Assembly (NCBI GenBank): GCA_963728165.1
Contig: CAVSIY010000008.1
Coordinates: forward strand, 34,397 to 98,396
DNA: 64,000 nucleotides
DNA from: an uncultured Alphaproteobacteria bacterium
GTDB taxonomy: Bacteria; Pseudomonadota; Alphaproteobacteria; Rhizobiales; Hyphomicrobiaceae
Reading direction: 5' to 3'
The position numbers and the translations under genes were made by a program. The notes under the pieces are model-generated. The model saw only the letters and a program-made list of their open reading frames with translations. It did no database searches and had not been told where the DNA came from. Position 1 is the stretch's first letter. Each line of letters begins with the position of its first letter. This document shows positions 8,424-18,398 of this stretch, one piece after another.

Positions 8424-9419
8424 TCACTCTTGCGTGCTGCCGTCCTGTGCCTTCGCGTCGGAACTATCCTCTTGCGCCTGCCGGCGATAGTCGCCCGGCG
8501 TCATGCCGTAGGCGGCGCGAAAACGCCGGCCGAAATGCGATAGATCGGAGAAGCCCCAGGAGAACGCGATCTCGCCCACCATTCTGTGCGCTTGCGTTGC
8601 ATCCGCCAGTGCCTGTCGGCACCGTTCCAGGCGCCGCTGCAGGATGAAGCGCTCGAGCGATGACCCTTCCTTCGAGAGCAGGCTATTGGCATAGCGAACG
8701 CTCATGCCGGCCGCCGCGGCGACCGCTGTGGGTCTCAAGTCCGGCTCGCGCACGCGCGCCTCGATCACCGACTTCAAGCGGAAAAGCGCGGTGGATCCAA
8801 CCGACGAAAGCGCAGCGCCTGCCAGACCGAGCGCCCCCGATGCAGCGAGCGCGACCAGATCCAGGGCCTGATCGGCAAGCATGGAGGCGGCAGCGCCCTC
8901 GATCGCGTCGAGGCGCGCGGGAAGCATGGACAGAAAGCCCGATGCCAGTCCGCCCACCGACAAGTCGGACGCTATTGCGCGCGCGGTCAGTCCGCCGAGG
9001 CTGCCCAGCCGCGCCTCGAGCGCCTGGCGCGCTATCTTGAAAGTGACGGAGTGGATGCGCTCGGGAAAGATGATGGAGAACGGGCGCCGGGTATCAACCA
9101 GCAGGAAGCTGCCGCCCTCGTTGACGGCTTGGCGATCTTCCTGGGTGAACTGCCCCTTTCCCGCCAGCTGCAGGCAAAGCAAAATGTCGTCGCTGTCCGC
9201 ACCCGCCACATCGCGGGGAGAGCGGCTCACCTCGCAGGCGTCACACGCGAACGCCGCGACGCCGAGCCCGTCGAGGCAGCCTGCACGAATATCGCCTGAA
9301 TAGGAGGGGCCGTTGAGCGACGTGAACTCGTGCTTCACGAACGACTTGGTGGCGACCTCCACCCAATAGGCGCGCTTGTCGCGGGGGTGAATCTTGCGGG
9401 TCGAATAGACTATCGCCAT
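8424..9419 (-). CDS. AraC-family regulator (FeaR-like) #2
   Basis: HPRDKRAYW; GEIAFSWGFSDLSHFGRRFRAAYGMTP. Confidence 0.9.
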   Translation of the reverse strand: MAIVYSTRKIHPRDKRAYWVEVATKSFVKHEFTSLNGPSYSGDIRAGCLDGLGVAAFACDACEVSRSPRDVAGADSDDILLCLQLAGKGQFTQEDRQAVNEGGSFLLVDTRRPFSIIFPERIHSVTFKIARQALEARLGSLGGLTARAIASDLSVGGLASGFLSMLPARLDAIEGAAASMLADQALDLVALAASGALGLAGAALSSVGSTALFRLKSVIEARVREPDLRPTAVAAAAGMSVRYANSLLSKEGSSLERFILQRRLERCRQALADATQAHRMVGEIAFSWGFSDLSHFGRRFRAAYGMTPGDYRRQAQEDSSDAKAQDGSTQE

Positions 9420-9500
9420 AGCAATCTCGCATGCGGCATCGCCGGCCTCCCCTGCCCCCCGTGCGTCCTCCCTCTGCTCAAAGCCCGTGTCGGAGCCGGC

Positions 9501-10502
9501 CTAGCATTGGATCGGCTGCGTTGCAGCACCGTCTTCTTCCGTTTCTTTAGTGTGCGCGGCGGCGTGCGCTTGCGCGCGCCTGCGGCAGTCGCCCGGCGTC
9601 AGGCCGTATTCGGCTCGAAAACGCCGGTTGAAGTGCGACAGATCCGAGAAGCCCCAGGCGAACGCGATCTCGCTGATCAATCGGTGCGCTTGCGCGCCAT
9701 CCTCCAGGGCGCGGCGCGACCGCTCCAGGCGCCGGTGAAGAGTGTAGCGCTCAATCGAGAAACCCTCCTGTGACAAGAGGTCGTTGGCATAGCGCACGCT
9801 GATGCCGGCTGCCCGCGCCACCGCCGCGGGCTTGAGCGCCGGATCGCAAAGCCGGGACTCGATGACCGCCTTCAGCCGGAAAAGCGCAACGCCGCGGTAG
9901 GAGGAGAGTTTTGCCGTCTGGTCGGACTCCTGCGAAAGCGCCAGCGCAATCAGGTCGAGCGTCTGCTCGCCGAGCCGCACTGCCATCGCGCGATCGACCG
10001 CGTCGATCCGCGACGGCAGCATGGACAAGAAGCCCGAAGCCAGCCCCGCCAACGGCCGGCTGGCTGCCATCGCCCGCAACGTGAGCAGCTCTGCGTGGGC
10101 CACGCGTGACTCTATGGTCTGACGAGGAAGCACGAAGCCGATGCTCCGTGCCTTTCCCTGAAAGGCGAGAGTGTAGGGACGGCGCGCATCGATTAGAATG
10201 AGGCCCCCATTGTCTCCAACGGCGATCCGGTCATCCTGGGTCGCGACCGCTCTCCCGCCCAGCTGCAGGCTCAAGAAGAAGTGGTCGCAATCGGCGCGCG
10301 CGATATTGCGAGCGCTCCGCCCGACCTTGCAGGGGTCGCAGTGAAGCTCGCTGATCGCGACCTCGTCGAGGCTGTGCTGGCTAAGGGTAGCCTGAAAGCC
10401 TGGAGCGGCATTCAACTCGACGTCGCGGCTGCTTGCGGTATCGCGCCAATAGCCGAGACGCTCGGGCGCGGGAACGTCCTTCGTCGACAGAACGATCGCC
10501 AT
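9501..10502 (-). CDS. AraC-family regulator (FeaR-like) #3
   Basis: ERLGYW; SEIAFAWGFSDLSHFNRRFRAEYGLTP. Confidence 0.9.
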   Translation of the reverse strand: MAIVLSTKDVPAPERLGYWRDTASSRDVELNAAPGFQATLSQHSLDEVAISELHCDPCKVGRSARNIARADCDHFFLSLQLGGRAVATQDDRIAVGDNGGLILIDARRPYTLAFQGKARSIGFVLPRQTIESRVAHAELLTLRAMAASRPLAGLASGFLSMLPSRIDAVDRAMAVRLGEQTLDLIALALSQESDQTAKLSSYRGVALFRLKAVIESRLCDPALKPAAVARAAGISVRYANDLLSQEGFSIERYTLHRRLERSRRALEDGAQAHRLISEIAFAWGFSDLSHFNRRFRAEYGLTPGDCRRRAQAHAAAHTKETEEDGAATQPIQC

Positions 10503-10717
10503 CTGCGCTCCCCCCGACGGCCCCCACTGCTCCCTCGGTCAAACCATGATGCCACGTCGGCCAAGCCGCCCGGTGCCACATAGCTTTCAATATCAGCTCA
10601 CCTTTGCTCCGCGGTCTAAGTCGCTGCGTCAGTTATTGGCGTGCAGTGGACTCAACGGCGTTCATTACTCAGTACACGGGCATAGACGAAAAGCAACACT
10701 TTCAAAGCAAGACATTC

Positions 10718-11164
10718 ATGGCACACCACAATTCAAAGTTGGACCAGTCTCCGTTGCATCTGCTGCACAGAGTGCGCCAGTGCGCCGGCGAGCTCTTTCA
10801 AACGGAGATGTCGGGCATCAACCTGACGGCGCGCCAATACGTCGTGCTGGTTGCGGCGGCGCACAAAGACGGTTCGAGCCAACAGGACATCATCGACAGC
10901 ACCGGCATCGACCGCTCCACCGTGTCCCAGGTCGTGCAGACCATGATCCGCAAAGGTCTGCTCAAGCGCCGGCGGACGCGGGAGGATGCGCGCGCCTACG
11001 CGATCACACTGACGCCCTATGGACGCGATGTCCTGAAGGCCTCAGAGCCGATCGTCGGGCGCATCGATGAGGCCCTCATCGGCCTCCTTCCGGCATCGCG
11101 CGCGACGGCGTTCATCGAAAGCCTGCGCACCATCGTCGCTGCCTTGGGCCCAGCGCAAACCTAG
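10718..11164 (+). CDS. MarR-family transcriptional regulator
   Basis: LTARQYVVL...SQQDI...GIDRSTVSQVV..M.RKGLL.RRRT..DARAY.I.LT winged helix; likely start ATG 10718. Confidence 0.9.
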   Translation: MAHHNSKLDQSPLHLLHRVRQCAGELFQTEMSGINLTARQYVVLVAAAHKDGSSQQDIIDSTGIDRSTVSQVVQTMIRKGLLKRRRTREDARAYAITLTPYGRDVLKASEPIVGRIDEALIGLLPASRATAFIESLRTIVAALGPAQT

Positions 11165-11269
11165 AGTTTTGCGCCAGTTTCCGGCTGTGCGCCAAAGCGT
11201 TGACTCCTGCAAAGCGCCAAATAGAGTGCGCTGCGCCGCAACATTCGCGGCAGCAAGGGAGCTCAGCTG

Positions 11270-12325
11270 ATGGCCGCGACGCGCACGCCCGCGAAGTTCT
11301 TTTCCCCCCTCGCCATTGGCGCGCCGGAGCCCTATCGCAGCTTGCCCGTGCGGCTGGAGCGCATGATCCACTTCGTGCCCCCCCACAACGAGAAGATCCG
11401 TTCCAAGATCAAGGATATCGCCGGGAAGGTGGACGTCGTGCTCGGCAACCTCGAGGACGCCATCCCAGCCGACCAGAAGGAGGCGGCCCGCAAAGGCTTC
11501 ATCGCCATGGCGCGCGACACCGACTTCGGTGCGACCGGCTTGTGGACGCGCATCAACTGCCTCAACAGCCCCTGGATGCTCGACGACGTGATCGAGATCG
11601 TTGCAACCGTGGGCAACAAGCTCGACGTCGTTATGCTACCTAAAGTTGAGGGACCCTGGGACATCCACTACCTCGACCAGCTGCTCGCCCAGCTCGAGGC
11701 CCGGCACGGCGTCACCAAGCCCATTCTCATCCATGCGATTCTGGAGACGGCGGAAGGCGTCAACAACGTGGAGGCGATCGCCGCGGCCTCCCCCCGCATG
11801 CACGGCATGAGCCTGGGCCCCGCCGATCTTGCGGCCTCACGCGGCATGAAGACGACGCGCGTCGGCGGCGGCCATCCCGACTACGGCGTGCTCGCGGATG
11901 CCGCCGGCGACGGCGCCGCCAAACGTCCATTCTTTCAGCAGGACCTGTGGCACTACACCGTCGGCAAGATGGTGGATGCTTGCCTCGCCTACGGATTGAA
12001 GCCGTTCTACGGGCCGTTCGGCGACTTTTCCGATGCGGCGGCGTGCGAGGCCCAGTTCCGCAACGCGTTTCTGCAGGGCTGCCTCGGGGCTTGGTCGCTG
12101 CACCCGACCCAGATCGACATCGCCAAGCGCGTCTTCTCGCCCGACGACAAGGAGGTGGCGTTCGCCAAGCGCATCCTGGAGGCGATGCCCGACGGCACCG
12201 GGGCCGTCATGATCGACGGCAAGATGCAGGATGATGCGACTTGGAAGCAGGCCAAGGTGATCGTCGATCTGGCCAAGCTCGTCGCCGCCAAGGACCCCGA
12301 GCGCGCCGCCGCATACGGCTTGTAG
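11270..12325 (+). CDS. mcl: CitE-superfamily CoA-ester lyase of the Chloroflexus-type malyl-CoA/beta-methylmalyl-CoA lyase clade
   Basis: [72 protein letters not shown]; as recalled, closely matches C. aurantiacus Mcl. Confidence 0.85.
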   Translation: MAATRTPAKFFSPLAIGAPEPYRSLPVRLERMIHFVPPHNEKIRSKIKDIAGKVDVVLGNLEDAIPADQKEAARKGFIAMARDTDFGATGLWTRINCLNSPWMLDDVIEIVATVGNKLDVVMLPKVEGPWDIHYLDQLLAQLEARHGVTKPILIHAILETAEGVNNVEAIAAASPRMHGMSLGPADLAASRGMKTTRVGGGHPDYGVLADAAGDGAAKRPFFQQDLWHYTVGKMVDACLAYGLKPFYGPFGDFSDAAACEAQFRNAFLQGCLGAWSLHPTQIDIAKRVFSPDDKEVAFAKRILEAMPDGTGAVMIDGKMQDDATWKQAKVIVDLAKLVAAKDPERAAAYGL

Positions 12326-12455
12326 AGGCGCCGGGTGAGGCCAGAACGCCGCAGGCCGCCTACCGACTTTGGCGCAGGCGATTGACAGCCGTCGCGCGCT
12401 CCCCTGGAATGGGCCCGGGTCAGATGGGCAGGCTGCGATGCGCGCCATGGGAACG

Positions 12456-12779
12456 ATGAGACAGGCCAAATTTGCCGTCGGGCAGGTCGTGCGTCACCGC
12501 ATCTATCCGTTCCGCGGCGTGATCTTCGACATCGACCCAGAGTTCGACAACACCGAGGAGTGGTGGCTGGCGATCCCCGAGGACGTCCGCCCGCACAAGG
12601 ACCAGCCCTATTATCACCTGCTGGCGGAGAACGCCGACACCGAATACATCGCCTACGTCTCCGAGCAGAACCTGTTGCCCGACGAGACGGGTCAGCCGTT
12701 GCGCCACCCGCAACTGTCGGAGCTCTTCACCGAGGACGAGAACGGCGGATACCGGGCGCTGTTTCTGCAATCGCACTGA
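12456..12779 (+). CDS. hspQ: Heat shock protein HspQ (YccV-like domain)
   Basis: AKFAVGQVVRHRIYPFRGVIFDIDPEF...KDQPYYHLLAEN...YVSEQNL. Start could instead be 12438 or 12447. Confidence 0.92.
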   Translation: MRQAKFAVGQVVRHRIYPFRGVIFDIDPEFDNTEEWWLAIPEDVRPHKDQPYYHLLAENADTEYIAYVSEQNLLPDETGQPLRHPQLSELFTEDENGGYRALFLQSH

Positions 12780-12812
12780 ACGCATAAGCAAGCCTCAAGC
12801 CCAAAAAGCAAA

Positions 12813-12840
12813 GACCGCCCGGCTTGCGCGCCGGGCGGTC
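12813..12840. terminator. Bidirectional terminator between convergent hspQ and ialB
   Basis: 11-bp stem GACCGCCCGGC/GCCGGGCGGTC with an A-tract on the left and GTTT on the right. Confidence 0.7.
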
Positions 12841-12873
12841 GTTTGAGAAGATCGAGCTTGCGCCGACGCGACG

Positions 12874-13752
12874 CTATTTCTTGGGCGCGGGAGTGACGGT
12901 CTCCGTCTTGGGCATGTTGGCCGGCGGCGGCGGGAGGTTCTTCATCTCCTCTTCCTTCCGCTTTTCGCGCAGCTCGGCTTGCCGCTGCATGATGTGCTCC
13001 ATCAGCTTCTTGCGGTTGGCCTGATACTCCTTGTTGTCGATCGGCTGGCCGGCGAGCGCGTCGCCGAAGCCGTTGAGGGGCACGGGAACCGTGAACTGAC
13101 TGCCGTTGGCCCAAATCGCCAGCACCGCGAGGCCGGCGTTGGACTTCAGAAGGCCAAGGAGCTCAGGCGTGGCCTGGGTCTCCGCCGTGCATCCCACGGG
13201 CATGCAGTGCGCGAACTTGAGATCGGCGGTCTTGAGGTCCTTCAACTCGATCTTCTCGTTCTTGGCGGCCTTCGCCCACTGGTCGGGCGAGTAGACGGCA
13301 AGTTTGACGCCTCCGGGAATGATCATGCCGAGCGGGACCATGACGGCCAGAACCTGCTTGGGCGCGCCTTCCATCTGCTGCAATCCAACCGAAACGATGA
13401 GCTGACCGGTATTGCTCTCGATCGCCTCGAACATGGTGCTGCAGAGCTGCTTCTCCTCGACAGGCGCTTCCTTGCCGTCGGCTGTCTTCGCCTTGGGCCT
13501 GACCTTAATCTTGTCGCAGAGCTTGACCCACTGGGACTTGTTCTTCGCCGCTGCGCCCTTCGCCGCGGGAGCTGCGGCTCCAGCCTTCGCTGCGGGAGCG
13601 GGTTTTTGAGCCTGCGCGGACGCCGGCGCGGCTAAGGCCACGAGCCCAAGCGTCAAAATTGCGCCAGCCGCAGCTGCGCCATGGCTCCAACCGTTGCCCT
13701 CACGGCGGAACCATCCTGCGCCAAGACGTGGGCGCGAAACTTCGTGTCTCAT
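12874..13752 (-). CDS. ialB: Invasion-associated locus B (IalB) family exported protein
   Basis: Signal or TM segment, QWVKLC, VPLGMIIPGGV, FAHCMPVGC.AE, PVPLNGF; canonical position next to hspQ. Confidence 0.8.
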   Translation of the reverse strand: MRHEVSRPRLGAGWFRREGNGWSHGAAAAGAILTLGLVALAAPASAQAQKPAPAAKAGAAAPAAKGAAAKNKSQWVKLCDKIKVRPKAKTADGKEAPVEEKQLCSTMFEAIESNTGQLIVSVGLQQMEGAPKQVLAVMVPLGMIIPGGVKLAVYSPDQWAKAAKNEKIELKDLKTADLKFAHCMPVGCTAETQATPELLGLLKSNAGLAVLAIWANGSQFTVPVPLNGFGDALAGQPIDNKEYQANRKKLMEHIMQRQAELREKRKEEEMKNLPPPPANMPKTETVTPAPKK

Positions 13753-14055
13753 GGAATGCGAACCTCTCTTCCGAGAGCTGGTCCCGCCAGCTCAGCCCCT
13801 AGGCGCACGTCGAGCCGCGCACCGCAAAGACGCTTATGTGCGTCTATCGACGGGGCAGTAAGGCCGCGATTGCGGCAATCCCGTGGCCACGAGAATCGGG
13901 CTCCCGGCAATAAAGTCATCGCTCTGCATCATCGTGGCAAAGGCGCAACTCGGGGCAAAACCTGGCCCAATTGGCCCTGCACCGCAGCCCAGCGCTAACC
14001 TGTGATAAAGACGGGCCGAATTGCCATGCCGCGCCAAAGGTAGCGAAGACTGTTC

Positions 14056-15867
14056 ATGCCTGGAACCCGCACGTTTACCTCGATCCTCGCCGCACTGATC
14101 CTCGCTGCGCACGGGGTCGGAGCCGCGCCGGCCGCCGCGCAGCCGATGCACGGCATCGCGCTGCACGGCCTACCCAAGCAGCCGGCGGATTTCCAGCACT
14201 TTTCCTACGTCAACCCGGACGCGCCCAAGGGCGGACGCCTCGTCATGAGCACCTTCGGCTCCTTCGACAGCCTCAATCCGCTGATCATCAAAGGCGTGGC
14301 CGCCGACGGCATCCGCGACTTCGTCATCGAGAGCCTGATGGCGCGTGGGCTCGACGAGCCGTTCACGCTCTACGGCCTCATCGCCGAGAGCGTCGAGGTG
14401 CCCGACGACCGCAGCTCCATCACCTTCAATCTGAACCCCAAGGCGCGCTTCTCTGACGGCACTCCTGTCACCGCCGACGACGTGCTGTTCTCCTTCGAGG
14501 TCTTGAAAGAGAAAGGGCGCCCCAACCACCGCACGTACTTCTCTAAGGTCGCGAAGGCCGAACGGTTGTCGGACCACAAGGTCCGCTTCACGTTTGATGC
14601 CGCGGGCGACCAGGAGATCCCGCTGATCCTCGGGTTGCTGCCGGTGCTGCCGCGCCACCTTCTCGACAAGGCCACGTTCGAGAACACGACGCTCACGCCC
14701 CCCGTGGGCTCCGGTCCCTACCGCGTCACCAAGGTCGATGCCGGACGCTCCATCACCTATGAGCGCGATCCCAACTACTGGGGCAAGGATCTGCCGGTGA
14801 ACCGCGGCCGCTTCAACTTCGACGAGATCCGCTTCGATTACTTCCGCGAAGGCTCGGTCATGTTCGAGGCCTTCAAGACGGGCCAGGTGAACCTGTGGCC
14901 GGAGCAGGACCCGCGGCGCTGGGCCAACGGCTATGACTTTCCCGCGGTCAAGGATGGTCGCATCGTGAAGCGGTCTTTCGACATCGGGCTCCCCGCCGGC
15001 ATGACGGCGCTGGTGTTCAACACGCGGCGCAAGGTCTTCGCCGATCCGCGCGTGCGCCAGGCGCTCATCTATCTGTTCGACTTCGAGTGGATCGACCGCA
15101 CGCTCTATGCCGGCCTCTACAGCCGCACGCAGAGCTACTTCGAGCGCTCGGTGCTCTCGTCTGCCGGACGCCCCGCCGACGCGCTCGAACGCCAGCTGCT
15201 GGCACCCTACGCCCGCTACGTGAAGCCAAAGGTCATGGACGGCACCTATCGGTTCCCGACGACCGACGGCTCAGGCCGCAGCCGCGAAAACCAGAGCGCG
15301 GCCTTCCGCCTGTTGCAGGAGGCCGGCTACGCGCTCGACGGCGAGCGGCTGGTCGACAAGAAGACGGGGCGCCAGCTCGAGTTCGAGATCCTCGCCGCCT
15401 CGACCGCACAGGAAGCGCTGCTCTTGAGCTTCGCGCGCGACGTGGAGCGGCTCGGCATCAAGGTCAAGCTGCGCGTCGTCGACAGCGCCCAATATCAGGC
15501 CCGCCTCACCAACTACGACTACGACATGATCCAGAACTCGTGGCCCTCCTCGCTGTCGCCGGGCAACGAGCAGCTGTTCCGCTGGTCAACCGCATCCGCC
15601 ACCACGCCCGGCACCTATAATTTCGCCGGCGTCGAGAACCCGGCGGCCGACGCCATGATCAGTGCGCTGCTGGCGGCGAAGACTGAGGAGGCGTTCGTCT
15701 CCGCCGTGCGCGCGCTCGACCGCGTGCTGCTGTCGGGCGACTACGTCATCCCGCTGTTCTATACGCCCAAGCAGTGGCTGGCTTACTGGACAAGTCTGAA
15801 GCATCCCGAGACAACGCCGCTCTTCGGCTACAACATCGACAGCTGGTGGTCGGCCCCCAAGCCATGA
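14056..15867 (+). CDS. ABC transporter extracellular solute-binding protein, family 5 (YejA-like)
   Basis: Signal peptide; HGIALHG.PK...FQHFSYVNPDAPKGG; GSFDSLNP; GSGPY; DPRVRQAL; LDRVLL.G.YVIP. Confidence 0.92.
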   Translation: MPGTRTFTSILAALILAAHGVGAAPAAAQPMHGIALHGLPKQPADFQHFSYVNPDAPKGGRLVMSTFGSFDSLNPLIIKGVAADGIRDFVIESLMARGLDEPFTLYGLIAESVEVPDDRSSITFNLNPKARFSDGTPVTADDVLFSFEVLKEKGRPNHRTYFSKVAKAERLSDHKVRFTFDAAGDQEIPLILGLLPVLPRHLLDKATFENTTLTPPVGSGPYRVTKVDAGRSITYERDPNYWGKDLPVNRGRFNFDEIRFDYFREGSVMFEAFKTGQVNLWPEQDPRRWANGYDFPAVKDGRIVKRSFDIGLPAGMTALVFNTRRKVFADPRVRQALIYLFDFEWIDRTLYAGLYSRTQSYFERSVLSSAGRPADALERQLLAPYARYVKPKVMDGTYRFPTTDGSGRSRENQSAAFRLLQEAGYALDGERLVDKKTGRQLEFEILAASTAQEALLLSFARDVERLGIKVKLRVVDSAQYQARLTNYDYDMIQNSWPSSLSPGNEQLFRWSTASATTPGTYNFAGVENPAADAMISALLAAKTEEAFVSAVRALDRVLLSGDYVIPLFYTPKQWLAYWTSLKHPETTPLFGYNIDSWWSAPKP

Positions 15868-17426
15868 CCGCGAAAGTCGCATCCCCGCCGCCGCGCTTCA
15901 ATATGGCGGCCTACTGCATCGGCCGGCCCGCGGCGGAGCGACCCGGCGCGCCGGCGCTCCTCGTCATCGCGGATGCGGGGGGCGCCACGCCGGCGGAGCT
16001 ATGGACGTTTGCAGAGCTCGAGGATGCGATTCTGCGCATCGCCGCGAGCCTGAGAGCGCGCGGGCTGGCGCCGGGCGCACGCCTCCTCATCCGGCTGGAG
16101 AACACCAGCGCCTACGCGCTTTTGTTCTTCGGCGCCATCGCCGGCGGCTTCGTGCCGCTGCCGACGTCGGCCGGGCTCACCGAGCGCGAAGCACGCTTCC
16201 TGCTGCAGGACAGCGGCGCGCAAGCCATCGCCTTCGGACGCGATCTTTCCTTCAGCGGATTGCCGAGCGGCGTGCAGATGATCGAGGCCGACGAGATTAA
16301 GCGCATGATTGCCGCGGGCAAGCGCGGCAGTTGGAGCGACACTGGCGCCGACACCGCAGCCGACGATGCCGCCTTCCTGATCTACACCTCCGGCACCACG
16401 GCGCAGCCCAAAGGCGTGCTGCACGCCCAGCGCTCGGCCTTCGGACGGCGCCCCATGTATCAAGGCTGGTACGGCATCAGACCCGACGACCGCATGCTGC
16501 ACGCCGGCGCCTTCAACTGGACCTTCACGCTCGGCACCGGCCTCACCGATCCGTGGGCCAACGGCGCCACCGCCATCATCTACACCGGCGAGAAGGACGC
16601 GAGCCTTTGGCCGCGCCTCATTGCGCAGACCGGCGCCACGCTGTTTGCCGCCGTGCCGGGGCTCTATCGCCAGATCTTGAAGTACGGAAATCCTACGCGT
16701 GACAATCTCGGTGCTTTGCGGCACGGCCTCATGGCCGGCGAGACGCCGCCGCCGGGTCTCTTCGAGGAATGGTCGGGGCGCACGGGCCGAGAGCTCTACG
16801 AGGCGCTCGGCATGAGCGAGATCTCGACCTACATCTCGACGGGTCCCGACGTGCCGCGCAAAGCAGGCAGCATCGGCAAGCCGCAACCAGGGCGCCGCGT
16901 CGCCATCCTCGGGCTCGACGGCGGACCCGAGCCGCTTCCCCCAGGCGAGCAAGGCCTGCTCGCCGTGCACCGCTCCGATCCGGGCCTGATGCTCGGCTAC
17001 TGGAACCGGCCGGAGGAGGAAGCGCAGGTCATCAGAGGCGACTGGTTCATCGGAGGCGACATCGCCACAATCGACGCCGACGGCTACGTCTCCCACCACG
17101 GCCGCGCCAACGACCTGATGAAGGCGCTGGGCTATCGCGTCTCCCCTCTGGAGGTGGAGACAGTCCTTCTCCAGCATCCCGACGTCGCCGAGGTCGCCTG
17201 CGCGGAAGCGCGCGTGCGCGCCGACGTCAGCGTGATCGCTGCCTTCATCGTGCCGCACGCGGGCCGGCAGCCCGACACGGCCGAGATCGAGCGCTTCGCC
17301 GCCGAGCGCCTTGCGCCCTACAAATGCCCGCGCGCTTATCTGCTGGTCGACTCGTTGCCGCGCACGGCAAACGGCAAGCTCATGCGCTCGCAGCTGAAAT
17401 TGCCGGACGGCCTGTCCACAGGCTGA
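15864..17426 (+). CDS. Acyl-CoA synthetase / AMP-binding enzyme (class I adenylate-forming)
   Basis: YTSGTTAQPKGV, YEALGMSE, GDIATIDADGY..HHGRANDLMK..GYRVSP.EVE, LPRTANGKL; ATGA overlap with the SBP stop. Confidence 0.9.
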   Translation: MTAKVASPPPRFNMAAYCIGRPAAERPGAPALLVIADAGGATPAELWTFAELEDAILRIAASLRARGLAPGARLLIRLENTSAYALLFFGAIAGGFVPLPTSAGLTEREARFLLQDSGAQAIAFGRDLSFSGLPSGVQMIEADEIKRMIAAGKRGSWSDTGADTAADDAAFLIYTSGTTAQPKGVLHAQRSAFGRRPMYQGWYGIRPDDRMLHAGAFNWTFTLGTGLTDPWANGATAIIYTGEKDASLWPRLIAQTGATLFAAVPGLYRQILKYGNPTRDNLGALRHGLMAGETPPPGLFEEWSGRTGRELYEALGMSEISTYISTGPDVPRKAGSIGKPQPGRRVAILGLDGGPEPLPPGEQGLLAVHRSDPGLMLGYWNRPEEEAQVIRGDWFIGGDIATIDADGYVSHHGRANDLMKALGYRVSPLEVETVLLQHPDVAEVACAEARVRADVSVIAAFIVPHAGRQPDTAEIERFAAERLAPYKCPRAYLLVDSLPRTANGKLMRSQLKLPDGLSTG

Positions 17427-17590
17427 CCGCTGTTGCGCTTCCGCCGCGCACGCCAATTCTTTGTCGATTGCGTCCTGCTGTCTGTGCACAGGTGGCAGAA
17501 TTCGGTGGTATTCGAACCGGTGCCGTAGGTTGATGTCCGAGGATCCAGCGCCTTGGGACATTTGCGGCTCGGGCGCGAGGAGGCGAAACC

Positions 17591-17926
17591 ATGCTCGACG
17601 AGGCTATCCGCTATTTGGGCGTGCACCCGGCGGTGCTGAGCGCCATGGGGCTGACCGCCGGTCTTGCCGGCATCGGTCTGTGGTACGTTCTTTATCACCA
17701 CCTGCAGGCGATCCTGATCACGCTGTTGAGTGCGGCGGGGTTCGGCTCGGGCCTGCTCGTCTTCTACCGCGGCTTTCGCTCGGAGATGAACGACCTGATG
17801 GGGATCGGCTTTTTCCTGATCGTGATCTTCCCCATCATCTTCTGGCAGGCGATCAAGCAGCTGGAGCCCATGCCGGAACCGCGCGGCGCCCGCGCCAAGG
17901 CGATGTTCTCGCGCAAGCCGAAGTGA
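17591..17926 (+). CDS. Small membrane protein (~3 TM), unknown function
   Basis: GAGGAGG RBS; three hydrophobic segments. Confidence 0.7.
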   Translation: MLDEAIRYLGVHPAVLSAMGLTAGLAGIGLWYVLYHHLQAILITLLSAAGFGSGLLVFYRGFRSEMNDLMGIGFFLIVIFPIIFWQAIKQLEPMPEPRGARAKAMFSRKPK

Positions 17927-18031
17927 GGTTTTTCCCCTTCCGTGGGCTGCTCGCTGCAAGCAAGCCTCCTTGAGAGGTGAACCAAAGTCCGTGCATCTGC
18001 GTCATCCTGCGGCCCGAAGCGGCGCCGCGGA

Positions 18032-18250
18032 CTAGCCCGGTGAGCCTTTATACTTGAAGGAGACCTTCACCTTGGTGCGGTAGGCCACGACCTTCCCGTC
18101 CTCAAGCACGAGATCCTGCTCGACAACCTCGGCCACGCGCATGTCTCGCAGGTGCTTGCCCGCCTCCTCGACAACCGATTTGGCCGCCTGCTCCCACGAC
18201 TCCTTGCTGCTCCCGATCAATTCGATGACCTTGTACATGCTGTCCGACAT
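18032..18250 (-). CDS. Dodecin family flavin-binding protein
   Basis: YKVIELIGSS..SWEQAA..VVEEA.K.LRD.RVAEV.EQD......KV..YRTKVKVSFKY; GGAGG RBS before ATG 18250. Confidence 0.88.
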   Translation of the reverse strand: MSDSMYKVIELIGSSKESWEQAAKSVVEEAGKHLRDMRVAEVVEQDLVLEDGKVVAYRTKVKVSFKYKGSPG

Positions 18251-18398
18251 CGAAGCCTCCTTTGGCCGTCTTGCGACGCGCTTCTTTGAGCGCGGAGACA
18301 AGGGTAGCACCAACCGGCAGGGGCAGAACGGGATTTCGATCTCTGCATAAGGATGCAGGTAAAGGCCGTTCGCTCAGGATCCTTGACCCACGCGAACG

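Noticed and set aside
9430-10545. G-rich leaders upstream of AraC #2 and #3 as G-quadruplex or conserved RNA elements
   Set aside because: Only three runs of three or more G in each, and no alignable structure; they are compatible with extended Shine-Dalgarno regions.
17490-17530. GGTATTCGAACC resembling a tRNA T-loop
   Set aside because: No acceptor stem, D-arm or anticodon arm can be folded around it.
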